A stretch of DNA of 64,000 nt from a virus (taxonomy: Duplodnaviria; Caudoviricetes). The notes below the pieces were generated by a model. That model was given only the letters and a program-made list of their open reading frames with translations. It was not told where the DNA came from and ran no database searches. A program made the position numbers and the translations under genes. Numbering within the stretch: the first letter of the stretch is position 1; every line of letters starts with the position of its first letter. The stretch is from positions 128,001 through 192,000 of the IMG/VR virus record IMGVR_UViG_3300031088_000782; one strand, given 5' to 3'. Positions 10,602 to 20,119 of this stretch are shown here, piece by piece.

Positions 10602-11284
10602 TTGAAAAAGTCTTTTGTTGTTATTGCTACCATTATCACAGCAGTCACTCTATCGCTTTCTGCTTGTGATTCTTCCTTTGAAAATTCTGATTCTCTCACG
10701 CAAAGCTCTGATGTTGAGGATTCAAAAAAGTTATTGAATCCTTGAATAAAGCCCACGATATTCGAGTCAAAAAAGAAGCGTTTTCTATTGGTGATTCTTG
10801 GGTTGTTTATGTAGATGATGAACAAATTGCTGAAATCAAGGGCGAAGTTTTCCCTGTTCTTGGTGATACTTATTCAATGTATTCGAATGCTGGAAATCTT
10901 GTTGGGGCCGAAACAGAAGATTTTCTTACTCTGACTCATGGTTCAAAAACTTATGACTATATGGGAGAACAGAGGGGGTATATTAAACAAAAAGCACTCA
11001 CCTTCGGATACGATTTTGATATTTATGAAAAATTCGAAAATGTAGGAAATGTTCGACAAAAGTTTTCTCTTGGACTTCAGGCTGATATCAAAGATTCTGA
11101 TGGAAAAGTCGAATATAATGTTGATAAAGAATTTTTCTCTTTCGGAAGTGATATAACAATTTCAAAAGTGAGCACTGAAAAAGAAACATCTGTTGATGCC
11201 ATTGATGCTGTTTGGGCTACAGTTATGATGAATGAGATTGATGAAGCACAAAATTCAGATAGCGGGAACAATAACAATAAATAA
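10602..11284 (+). CDS. LURP-one/scramblase-like lipoprotein, reading frame joined by a -1 shift at 10724-10730
   Basis: TTG 10602 gives MKKSFVV...LSLSAC lipobox and stops at 10742-10744; the -1 frame continues KKVIESLNKAHDIRVKKEAFSIGDSWVV. Confidence 0.65.
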
Positions 11285-11438
11285 CTTCTTCAAAGAGGGC
11301 AAGAGTATTTTCGTATATTTCTTGCCCTCTTTGAGCTTCATGGTTATTTTTAAATACACAAAAAATAACGATAAATCCTTACTTATTGATATTAGTATTA
11401 GAATATTTTGCTATAAAAAGAGTAAGGATAAACAAAGA

Positions 11439-13223
11439 ATGCTCTATACCTTAGATCTGCCGTGGGGAGTTAAACACCCTAATGTACAATACTGGAAAGA
11501 CCAAAAAATCCATGTTTATAAAGGATCCATTCTTCCTGCTGAACTACGTCCTTATGCCAGTGAAGATTTTTCCTATTCAAGATGGCGTGAAGATGAACTT
11601 AATGGAATGGTGATGCCGCCTGAAAAAAGCGGAACTAAATTTACTCCAAAACCACATCAGGAAGAAGCTGCTAAAAAGATTTATAAAGCCTACAATACCG
11701 GGCAAAGAGGACTTTTACTGGCAGACAAGACTGGAACTGGAAAAACATTGTCAGCGCTTGCCGGTGTTTCCGCAATGGCAAAACATGATGGTTTCGGAGC
11801 TAAGAACAAGGGTAAACTACTCGTTGTATGCCCTAAAGGTGTCATTCCGCAATGGCGACAGACTTTACATAATTATCCTGTCTCAACAGCTCTACTGAGA
11901 GTTATGATCATCAATTATCAACAATTAAACAAACTTCTCGAAGCTCCTGCTTCTGCACGAGTAGCGAAAAAACGACACACAAAGAATAAACAAACATCAG
12001 CTAAAGGAAAACCAACAATTGATTGGAATTATGTCATATTTGACGAAGCTCACTCGTTAAAAAATTTCCCTAAATCAACAACATCATTAGCTGCAACTAA
12101 TATTGCTAAACTTGAAAAAAAATACCGTAAAGGAATAGAACCTTTCACAATTTTCTCAACAGCAACACCAGGAGCATCACCATTGAATTTTGCTTGCATG
12201 GCAGGAATTGTTGCTCCTTTACTGTCTAATAAGGTCAGTGCAAAAGATGTTACGCCTTCAACTTGGGGAGAATTCCTCGCCCAAGAAGGATTCGCTATAT
12301 CAAAAACCAAAGCAGGGTATACTTGGGCAACAGTTCCTTGGTTCGGAAAAAACTCAGACGATCCCCGCGAAAAAAGAAAATATGATGTAGCAGTTGCAAA
12401 AGCAAAAGCGATCCAAAGAAAAGACGCACAACGAATAGGTAAAGCCTTAACAAAACCAGGTGCACCTTTCATTATGAGATCACCTAAAGATTTAGCTGGA
12501 TGGCCGGAACAGCAAGTTATACCTATGCCTATTCAGTTAACAACAAAACAAATACCCATTTATGAAGAAGCTTGGACAAGATTCAGAAACTTCCTTCGTT
12601 TGACTCCAGCTAAAAGTGATCCAAAAGGGGCATTAGTAGAAACATTGAGATATCGTCAAAAAGCTTCCTTACTGAAAGTTGACTCAATGGTTGACAACGT
12701 TGTGGAAATGGTTGAAGCAGGAAATCAAGTATATATTTCTGTTGAATTTATGGAAACAATCGACAGATACAAAGAATTACTCAACAAAAAGAAAATACTT
12801 GTTGCAGAAATGAGCGGAAGAAATGTTTCTGAAAGAGAACAAGAAAGAATTAAATTTCAAAAAGGTGAAGTTGATGTAGTTATTTGTACTGTTGTAGCTG
12901 GAATCTCTCTACATGCTGAAGAAATATTGCCTGGCGGAAATAAAGCAACTTCAACTAACAGAATAACAGTGTTGCATGATGTTCGACAAAACAATTTGGA
13001 TTCTGCACAAGCCCTCGGTAGGGCACATCGAGATGGAAAGAACAGTATTTCCTACATTCCTTTCATCGAAAAAACTGTTGAGGAAAATATTGTTCAAAGT
13101 TTTACTAACAAAACAGCTAATATGCAATCTATGACAGGATCTTCTATTGATGAGTCAGAATTAATGGAAAGACAATTTAGAGAAGCATCAGCGAAAAGCA
13201 CTCCCCCTAACAGATTCAGCTAA
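11439..13223 (+). CDS. SNF2-like SF2 helicase/ATPase
   Basis: LLADKTGTGKT, VIFDEAH, STATP, QALGRAHRDG; probable start ATG 11439. Confidence 0.88.
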   Translation: MLYTLDLPWGVKHPNVQYWKDQKIHVYKGSILPAELRPYASEDFSYSRWREDELNGMVMPPEKSGTKFTPKPHQEEAAKKIYKAYNTGQRGLLLADKTGTGKTLSALAGVSAMAKHDGFGAKNKGKLLVVCPKGVIPQWRQTLHNYPVSTALLRVMIINYQQLNKLLEAPASARVAKKRHTKNKQTSAKGKPTIDWNYVIFDEAHSLKNFPKSTTSLAATNIAKLEKKYRKGIEPFTIFSTATPGASPLNFACMAGIVAPLLSNKVSAKDVTPSTWGEFLAQEGFAISKTKAGYTWATVPWFGKNSDDPREKRKYDVAVAKAKAIQRKDAQRIGKALTKPGAPFIMRSPKDLAGWPEQQVIPMPIQLTTKQIPIYEEAWTRFRNFLRLTPAKSDPKGALVETLRYRQKASLLKVDSMVDNVVEMVEAGNQVYISVEFMETIDRYKELLNKKKILVAEMSGRNVSEREQERIKFQKGEVDVVICTVVAGISLHAEEILPGGNKATSTNRITVLHDVRQNNLDSAQALGRAHRDGKNSISYIPFIEKTVEENIVQSFTNKTANMQSMTGSSIDESELMERQFREASAKSTPPNRFS

Positions 13224-13301
13224 TTGTTTTCATTTGATTTGATAATTGGGTAAAATTGTTATAAGCAAAATCTATAAATAAGATTTTAAAGGGAGGGTGA
13301 A

Positions 13302-15437
13302 TTGATAATGAGAAAAAGAGTCCCAACAAAAGAACAATCTTTAGGAAATAAAATGACTCCTAAAATGTTCAATGAATGGGATTCCTCAAAAAATACAAAA
13401 TCTCCTTTTGAAATTTTTGCCGGTTCTCTTGATAAAACATATTGGATATGTTCTTATTGTGAAAATGAATGGGGAACTCCAGCAAGATCGATAAAAAATG
13501 GATCTGGATGCCCTATATGTTCTAAATACAAAAAAGGGGATATTACTAAAACCCATCCTGAACTTATGCCAGAATGGAATTCTGAAAATGGAAATCCAAG
13601 ACAGTATGGAAGCGGAAGTATGAAAATTGTAAAATGGGACTGTGTTGTGTGTTTAAATACATGGGAAGCAACCATTCCATACAAAACTCGTGGTGCCAAA
13701 TGCCCTTATTGTGAAAACAATAAAGCAATTAAAGGGTTTAATGACTTACAAACTACTCATCCTGATCTTTTAAAAGAATGGGATTATGATAAAAATATTA
13801 TCGATCCAAGTTCTCTAACTTTTAAAAACGTAACGAAAGTTTGGTGGAAGTGTGAAAAAGGGCACAATTGGGAAGCAACAATTAATCAAAGAATAATAAA
13901 AAAAACCAACTGTTCTTTTTGTAGCAATAGAAAAGTTTTGGAAGGTTTTAATGATTTAAAAAGTCAGTACCCTTTTTTGGAAAAAGAATGGGATTACAAA
14001 AAGAACAAAAATTTATTACCTTCAGAAATAGTTTTTGGATCTCATATAAAAGTTTGGTGGAAATGTAGCAAAGACCATAGTTGGAAAGCAACAATAAGCC
14101 ATAGATCTCTTGATAATTCAGGATGTCCTTATTGTTCAAAGCTGAGAACAGCAATTGGTGAAAATGATATAAAAACCATTAATCCAAACTATTTAACAGA
14201 ATGGGATTATGAAAAAAATAATATATTGCCATCAAGTGTAACTTTAAATTCGAGTAAAAAAATTTGGTGGAAGTGCAAAAAAGGACACTCTTGGCAAACA
14301 GCTGTATCAGAAAGAACAAGAGGCTATTCTTGCCCCTTTTGTAAGAATCAAAAAATACTAAAAGGATTTAATGATTTAAAAACATTGCAACCAAATCTTC
14401 TTAAAGAATGGGATTATGAAAAAAATAATGTTTTTCCTGATTGTGTTGGTCAAGGGGCGAAACAAAAAGCGCATTGGATTTGTAGTAAAAATCATGAATG
14501 GGAATCATCTATTTATCATAGAGTCTTTAATAAATCGGGCTGTCCAAATTGTTATCATTTTAACAGTACTTCAAAAAGAGAAAAAGAATTACTAAAATTT
14601 ATTCAAGAAAAACTAACTAAAAACAAAATAGTTATCTTCCCAAATGATAGAACTTTAATTCATCCTTATGAGTTGGATATTTATATTCCTGAAAAGAATA
14701 TTGCTATTGAGTTCAATGGGGTTTACTGGCATAGCGAAAAAGCCGGTAAGGATAATAGCTATCATTATAATAAATGGAAGCTATGTAAAGAAAAAGGAGT
14801 TCAACTCATCACTATTTGGGAAGACGATTGGATTAATAAACAAGACGTTATCAAGTCAATGTTAAGCCATAAATTAAACTCTTCTCAAAATGACAAAGTT
14901 TATGCCAGAAAAACAGAAATTTCAGAAATTGATTATATTACTGCAAGAAACTTTTTAGACAAAAACCATATTCAAGGATCCATGTCAGGGTCAAAATATA
15001 TTTCATTGAAACACGAAAATGAAATAGTTGCTGTATCGGTATGGAAAAAGAAAGATCCATTCACTGTATACTTAGAAAGGTATGCTACTTCAAAAATTGT
15101 TGTTGGCGGAATGGGAAAATTAATTTCTTATGTTCAAAACAATACATATGTAAATCAAAATATAGTCACTTTCGCATCCCATGAAGTTAGCAATGGAAAA
15201 CTTTATGAAGATTTAGGTTTTATTAAAGACAAAGAAATACCTCCAGATTATGCATATGTTGTCAACAGTGCAAGGAAACACAAGTTTGGATACAGAAAGT
15301 CTAAATTTGAGAAAGATCCTAATTTATTATTTGATAAGAATTTAACCGAAAAAGAATTGGCTGAATTAAATGGATTATATCGAACATGGGATTGCGGGAA
15401 AACTCGATATATCCTTCACCCTAACAGATTTAGTTAA
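13302..15437 (+). CDS. Free-standing endonuclease: tandem treble-clef zinc-ribbon repeats plus Vsr/DUF559-like PD-(D/E)XK domain
   Basis: About 6 repeats of EWDY..N...KVWWKC..GH.W...CPYC; ELDIYIPEKNIAIEFNGVYWH. Confidence 0.85.
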   Translation: MIMRKRVPTKEQSLGNKMTPKMFNEWDSSKNTKSPFEIFAGSLDKTYWICSYCENEWGTPARSIKNGSGCPICSKYKKGDITKTHPELMPEWNSENGNPRQYGSGSMKIVKWDCVVCLNTWEATIPYKTRGAKCPYCENNKAIKGFNDLQTTHPDLLKEWDYDKNIIDPSSLTFKNVTKVWWKCEKGHNWEATINQRIIKKTNCSFCSNRKVLEGFNDLKSQYPFLEKEWDYKKNKNLLPSEIVFGSHIKVWWKCSKDHSWKATISHRSLDNSGCPYCSKLRTAIGENDIKTINPNYLTEWDYEKNNILPSSVTLNSSKKIWWKCKKGHSWQTAVSERTRGYSCPFCKNQKILKGFNDLKTLQPNLLKEWDYEKNNVFPDCVGQGAKQKAHWICSKNHEWESSIYHRVFNKSGCPNCYHFNSTSKREKELLKFIQEKLTKNKIVIFPNDRTLIHPYELDIYIPEKNIAIEFNGVYWHSEKAGKDNSYHYNKWKLCKEKGVQLITIWEDDWINKQDVIKSMLSHKLNSSQNDKVYARKTEISEIDYITARNFLDKNHIQGSMSGSKYISLKHENEIVAVSVWKKKDPFTVYLERYATSKIVVGGMGKLISYVQNNTYVNQNIVTFASHEVSNGKLYEDLGFIKDKEIPPDYAYVVNSARKHKFGYRKSKFEKDPNLLFDKNLTEKELAELNGLYRTWDCGKTRYILHPNRFS

Positions 15438-15570
15438 AAATTATGTTAAAAAATGTGATTTTCGCAACATTTAAGCAATGAAGCGATAAAAACGGTTGAA
15501 AACATACCTAAACCTCTGATAATATTAATGTAAAGATAAAAATCATTAATAATCAGGGGTTTAGTGTGTA

Positions 15571-15996
15571 ATGACTGAAATAACAGCAACTAAAGAAAAT
15601 ATTTTAGAAGAAAATTCAAGTAAGATTTTTGACAACATCATGAGTATTATCAAAGATGTAAGCAAAGCAACTCGATCTTCTTATGTCAAAGAAAAAATTG
15701 TTGAACAAGAAAAATACATTTACGAAGCAAAAGTAGATAATGCTTTACATAGATTTATTCAAATTGATGAACTTTTGAAACATGCGAAACAGCCAAAATT
15801 TTATCATTCATCAGAAAAGAAACAGAAGATTGAAGAAAATTTAGCCTTTTGGGAAATTAAAAGAGAAGAAAGTATTCAGAATTTCAAGAAAATCGCTCTA
15901 TCCATTCCTGACAATATGAATAGAGATGAGATCAGCAGACTTGTTTCACTGTATTTTGAAAAGTTTGAAATTATTGCTGAAACCGAGATTATTTAA
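15571..15996 (+). CDS. Hypothetical protein
   Basis: 141-aa ORF with codon style like its neighbours. Confidence 0.65.
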   Translation: MTEITATKENILEENSSKIFDNIMSIIKDVSKATRSSYVKEKIVEQEKYIYEAKVDNALHRFIQIDELLKHAKQPKFYHSSEKKQKIEENLAFWEIKREESIQNFKKIALSIPDNMNRDEISRLVSLYFEKFEIIAETEII

Positions 15997-16280
15997 TTTT
16001 TTAAAAAATATTTAATAATGATCTTGCATTCTACGATTTTATTTGTTATAATGAATTTCACAAACATATTTTGAAAATATTTCGTCAATATTTAACAAGA
16101 AAAAGTACATGTTGATATTGTATTTTTGAAATTTGTTAGAAAAAGATTTCAGCTTTTGAGAAAGAATATTTTCGAATGTTGATATTATTGAAAGTTTCTT
16201 TGATAAGATGAACTTGTCGAAGAAAAAGACAAAACGATATTAATGAGCACCAACTAATTTTTAAGAAGGAGGAACAACTA

Positions 16281-16457
16281 ATGACTACGATGATTAATTC
16301 CGTAATTACCGCGACATCAGATCGCGATCAGTTGTTCGCTCCCTCACAGCTCCCGGTGGGAAACATGCTTAATAATGGCTTTAAGCAATCAGCCGGGAAT
16401 AAATGTGAGCATAGTTGGTGCGACAGAAAACATAGTTATCATAATTTGAATAAATAA
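16281..16457 (+). CDS. Small ORF (58 aa) below the ORF-track cutoff
   Basis: Perfect AAGGAGG RBS, then MTTMINSVITATSDRDQLFAPSQLPVG...CEHSWCDRKHSYHNLNK. Confidence 0.55.
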   Translation: MTTMINSVITATSDRDQLFAPSQLPVGNMLNNGFKQSAGNKCEHSWCDRKHSYHNLNK

Positions 16458-17133
16458 GTTTTCTACTCAGGTCATAAACGCACAAGACCTGCCACCAAAT
16501 AAAAATTCCCTTGGAAACAGGGTTGAAATGTGCAAATCCCTTAAAAAACAAAGTAAAAAGAAATAAATTTAATAATATTTTTGTTAAGGACTGTCCCAGA
16601 GTTGACACGAGAGAAAAATATGTTAAACTGATTTCTACAAAACTGAATAAAGGGAATTCTTAATACAAAGACTTTCCTTACAGCATTTGACTTGAAAGAG
16701 AAAAATGTGTTATAGTTACGAATAGCAATCAAATTATATAAAATATTGATGACTGACACAGAGTTGACACGAGATAATGAATGTGATAAGATTGAAAACG
16801 TAACAACGACAAATCAAAGCAATTTGGTTTTGTAAGGTTTAAAAATGAATAACAGGTTGGTGCACGAGCCAAGGAAGAAAAAGTGATGACGCAATCGGAC
16901 GTTACTCTAGAAAAGAAAATCCGTGATTGACACTGTTGAAAGTGTGAAAACTTTCTGAACATTGTTGAAGTAAGGCCGGGAGGCAAAATTTCAATGATTA
17001 GGATGTGGATCGCCGCTCATGCGGACAAAAATGATTTTGGTTAATCATTCGTTCATAGTATAAATAAGTAACGCTATGAAATTGACGAATGATTAAATCT
17101 TCGTCAATGTTGCTTATTTCAGCATTGATATAT

Positions 17134-17206
17134 TCCCCTGTAGCTCAATTGGCAGAGCATTCGGCTGTTAACCGGAGGGTTCTTGGTTCAAGTCCAAGTG
17201 GGGGAG
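17134..17206 (+). tRNA. tRNA-Asn(GTT)
   Basis: Cloverleaf; loop CTGTTAA. Confidence 0.92.
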
Positions 17207-17403
17207 CGCGGCTGAAAAATCATTTGGCCTTTATTAAATATATGCGAAATAATTGAAGCACCACGCAATGAAACTGTTCAAAATATTCCTTTTCGCAGGT
17301 TTATGATTTTGTTTTGAATAAGTCTTGTAAGATAATGATTTCTATGATTCAAGGTGGAACAAAGATAAATAATCTTTGCTTGATAATATTAATCATTATA
17401 TTT

Positions 17404-17475
17404 GCCCCTCTAGCTCAGAGGCAGAGCAACGGTCTTTTAAACCGTGGGTCGAGATTTCGAAATTCTCGGGGGGCA
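17404..17475 (+). tRNA. tRNA-Lys(TTT), copy 1
   Basis: Cloverleaf; loop CTTTTAA. Confidence 0.9.
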
Positions 17476-17478
17476 CAA

Positions 17479-17695
17479 TTGGGACTGCACACACTGTCGA
17501 TGTGAAGCGGTCCTGAGTTAAACCACTGATCTGCCATGTGTAGAATTCAGTATCTTTCTCCGTTGTATCGCAGTATGACGGAGAATGCTTATCGCTATCT
17601 GACAGTAGCGGTAATAGAAAACGAGTTATTGATGCACGTCTGTCAGCGTCATGGATAATCATTGCGACAATGACCGGCATGGATAGTCCGGTTAA
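17479..17695 (+). ncRNA. Candidate structured RNA (multi-hairpin, possible pseudoknot)
   Basis: GC-richer spacer with stems TTCTCCGTT/GACGGAGAA, TTATCGCTAT/GTAGCGGTAA, ACCGG/CCGGT; loop CTGACA complementary to downstream TGTCAG. Confidence 0.5.
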
Positions 17696-17709
17696 AAACG
17701 TTTTCATAT

Positions 17710-17782
17710 TCCCTTATAGCTCAGTTGGCAGAGCGTTTGACTGTTAATCAAAATGTCCCTGGTTCGAGTCCAGGTGGGGGAG
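17710..17782 (+). tRNA. tRNA-Asn(GTT)
   Basis: Cloverleaf; loop CTGTTAA. Confidence 0.92.
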
Positions 17783-17863
17783 CACAGTGACAAAAATTGC
17801 TGTAACAATGCTCTAGAAGCGTTACGTAAATAATTGATAAAATATTCATCAATTATTTAATGT

Positions 17864-17937
17864 AGCTGGGTGGGGAAGTTAGGTATCCCGTCGTGTTCAT
17901 AACTCGAAGATCGTTGGTTCAAATCCAACCCTAGCCA
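17864..17937 (+). tRNA. tRNA-Met(CAT), initiator-like (1:72 mismatch)
   Basis: Loop TTCATAA; A1:C72 mismatch. Confidence 0.8.
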
Positions 17938-17967
17938 CTATTTTTAACAAATATTGTTGAAAAATAT

Positions 17968-18042
17968 CCAGATATAGGAAAGTTTGGTCATTCCGCCTAG
18001 TTAGGGGCTAGGAGATCGCAGGTTCGAATCCTGCTATCTGGA
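17968..18042 (+). tRNA. tRNA-Pro(AGG)
   Basis: CCAGATA/TATCTGG acceptor; CCTAG-TTAGGGG-CTAGG. Confidence 0.88.
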
Positions 18043-18179
18043 CAAATGTTATAGAAGTATCATAAGCCATGAGAAAATATAACATTGATAAAAGTTGAAC
18101 ACCCTCGTAAAAATGTTTGCGAATATATTCTAGGCTAGTTTATATTGGGCTGAACGCGCATTTTCTTTTATCGCCTTAA

Positions 18180-18252
18180 TCCTCTATGGTGGAATGGTTT
18201 AACACTCTTGGCTCTTAACCTTGAGATCTAGGTTCGAATCCTAGTGGGGGAA
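18180..18252 (+). tRNA. tRNA with CTT (Lys) anticodon on a Gln-like body
   Basis: Loop CTCTTAA; weak anticodon stem; D and T arms resemble tRNA-Gln at 19643. Confidence 0.65.
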
Positions 18253-18254
18253 CT

Positions 18255-18327
18255 GTGGTCGTAGCTCAATTGGTAGAGCGTCTGCTTGTGGCGCAGATGG
18301 TTGGGGGTTCAAGTCCCCTCGATCACC
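18255..18327 (+). tRNA. tRNA-His(GTG)
   Basis: TCTGC-TTGTGGC-GCAGA; C73. Confidence 0.88.
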
Positions 18328-18411
18328 CTATGGGACGGCAATCCCTAGTGTTTTATCATCGGGTCTGTTTTGCCGAACAGAATAAGATGTAGCCAACACT
18401 TTAAACATGGC

Positions 18412-18485
18412 TCCCTAATGGTCTAGTTTGGTTAGGGCACATCCGCGTGGAGGGTGGGGCGTAGGTTCAAATCCTACTTAGGGAA
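18412..18485 (+). tRNA. Atypical tRNA, GTG in a non-canonical loop
   Basis: TCCCTAA/TTAGGGA acceptor and T arm intact; loop GCGTGGA lacks U33. Confidence 0.55.
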
Positions 18486-18616
18486 CGGTTTCGAAAGGAA
18501 CTACTGAAATGCGCAATTTCGAGTGGATAGTATCATTGGGTGCTGTTTATCTTAAATAGTTAAGCTGACTATGCAGGTGAGACAGTATAAGATGTAGTTA
18601 CCACTATAAACAAAAC

Positions 18617-18689
18617 TCCCTGATAAGTCTCAAGAGGTAGAGCTGGCAATACGCGTCCGGTTGTGGGTTCAAGTCCCACTCATAGGGAA
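18617..18689 (+). pseudogene. tRNA-like element with bulged acceptor and no clear anticodon loop
   Basis: TCCCTGA...TCATAGGGA; T arm GTGGG-TTCAAGT-CCCAC. Confidence 0.5.
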
Positions 18690-18707
18690 CAATTCTGAAA
18701 AGAATAT

Positions 18708-18780
<73 letters not shown>

Positions 18781-18803
18781 CTTGATTACAAAAGTAATCA
18801 TAT

Positions 18804-18874
18804 GCGGATATGGTGTAGTGGTAGCACAAGAGCTTCCAACCCTCTTGGTCAGAGTTCGATTCTTTGTGTCCGTG
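18804..18874 (+). tRNA. tRNA of ambiguous identity (Gly-like body; loop register CCA or TCC)
   Basis: AGAGC-TTCCAAC-CCTCT with a C:C closing mismatch; G73. Confidence 0.65.
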
Positions 18875-18967
18875 CTGAATATGCAAAAATATTCATAAAT
18901 TTTTAACAAATATAACCTTTGGGAAGTAATTAAGGTTCGATTCTGTCTGTTGTATTTGTTAAATTAT

Positions 18968-19040
18968 GGGGGTATGGCGCAATTGGTAGCGCATCTGCTT
19001 TGCAAGCAGAGGGTTACGGGTTCGAGTCCCGTTATCTCCA
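18968..19040 (+). tRNA. tRNA-Ala(TGC)
   Basis: G3-U70; loop TTTGCAA. Confidence 0.92.
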
Positions 19041-19041
19041 C

Positions 19042-19116
19042 AGCTGGGTAGAGAAGTTCGGTTATCTCGTCAGGTTCATATCCTGAAGATCGTGGGTTCA
19101 AATCCCACCCTAGCCA
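19042..19116 (+). tRNA. tRNA-Met(CAT), initiator-like
   Basis: TCAGG-TTCATAT-CCTGA; A1:C72; abuts tRNA-Ala. Confidence 0.85.
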
Positions 19117-19214
19117 CAATCTAAATCACAGGATGATTTAGCGGATTCCAGGGGTAATTCGTTAGCGTTCCATTGAAAAATGGTAGACAAGATTCTAAAA
19201 AGCAGACCCAATAT

Positions 19215-19287
19215 GGCGGCAGTGGCAGACTGGTAATGCGCTTGACTGTGGCTCAAGTATATGCGGGTTCAATTCCCGTCTGTCGCC
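19215..19287 (+). tRNA. tRNA-His(GTG)
   Basis: G-1, C73; loop CTGTGGC. Confidence 0.9.
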
Positions 19288-19326
19288 CAAATTTTTATTA
19301 ATATTATAAAATATGTTAATAAATTT

Positions 19327-19400
19327 GGTCCTATAGCTCAGTTGGTTAGAGCATTACCTCGACACGGTAAAGGTCACTGGTTCGAATCCAGTTAGGATCA
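19327..19400 (+). tRNA. tRNA-Val(GAC)
   Basis: TTACC-TCGACAC-GGTAA (C33 is unusual). Confidence 0.85.
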
Positions 19401-19442
19401 CGTATTGTTTAAATATTAATTAATATTTTAAATAATATCTAT

Positions 19443-19532
19443 GGAAGTGTGGTCGAGTCTGGCTTATGGCACCTGTTTTGAACACAGACGTAGCGTAAAA
19501 AACTACCGGGGGTTCGAATCCCTCCACTTCCG
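19443..19532 (+). tRNA. tRNA-Ser(TGA)
   Basis: Long variable arm; loop TTTGAAC; G73. Confidence 0.88.
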
Positions 19533-19642
19533 CTTTATACAAATAATAATTGTATAATTTTCACAATTTATTTGACAAAATAATTGACTAATGCTATATT
19601 TAAGTTAATAAATAAATTTGGTAATTAAATAGTGGAAAATAT

Positions 19643-19714
19643 TGTCCTATGGTGTAATCGGCAACACAATGGTTTCTGGTACCGTTATTCTAGGTTCGAG
19701 TCCTAGTAGGACAG
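19643..19714 (+). tRNA. tRNA-Gln(CTG)
   Basis: Loop TTCTGGT. Confidence 0.9.
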
Positions 19715-19748
19715 CTTAGAGGATAAAACCTCTTTAAAAATATTTTAT

Positions 19749-19820
19749 GCCTCTATAGCTCAAAGGAAGAGCATATGGTTTCTACCCATCAGGTTGGGGG
19801 TTCGAATCCCTCTAGAGGTG
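19749..19820 (+). tRNA. tRNA-Arg(TCT)
   Basis: Loop TTTCTAC. Confidence 0.88.
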
Positions 19821-19874
19821 CTGAGAATAAAATCTCAAAAATTCAATAATATTTTTATAATATTATTGAAATAT

Positions 19875-19946
19875 GGCGGTGTGTCCGAAAGGTTTAGGTA
19901 ACAGTCTGCAAAACTGTGTATGCCGGTTCGAGTCCGGTCACCGCTT
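19875..19946 (+). tRNA. tRNA-Cys(GCA)
   Basis: Loop CTGCAAA; U73. Confidence 0.9.
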
Positions 19947-20046
19947 CGAAGTTTGCCTGAAGCCAACTCAGCAAATGCTTGATAGGTAGCCCCTTGAATA
20001 GCGGCGGAATCGCGTTTTCGCTACTGAAGGATAACAAACTTCTCCA

Positions 20047-20119
20047 GCCTCCATATTTCTAATGGATAAGATACTCGGCTACGAACCGAATGATGTGGGT
20101 TCGAATCCCGCTGGAGGTA
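20047..20119 (+). tRNA. tRNA-Arg(ACG)
   Basis: Loop CTACGAA. Confidence 0.88.

Noticed and set aside
11232-11438. N-terminal extension of the SNF2 helicase in the ORF track
   Set aside because: It overlaps the upstream gene end and its terminator (11290-11333); ATG 11439 follows a promoter-like and RBS-like region
17590-17640. Hammerhead ribozyme (CTGA...GAAA)
   Set aside because: The core is CTGACAG, not CTGANGA, and the required stems are not in register
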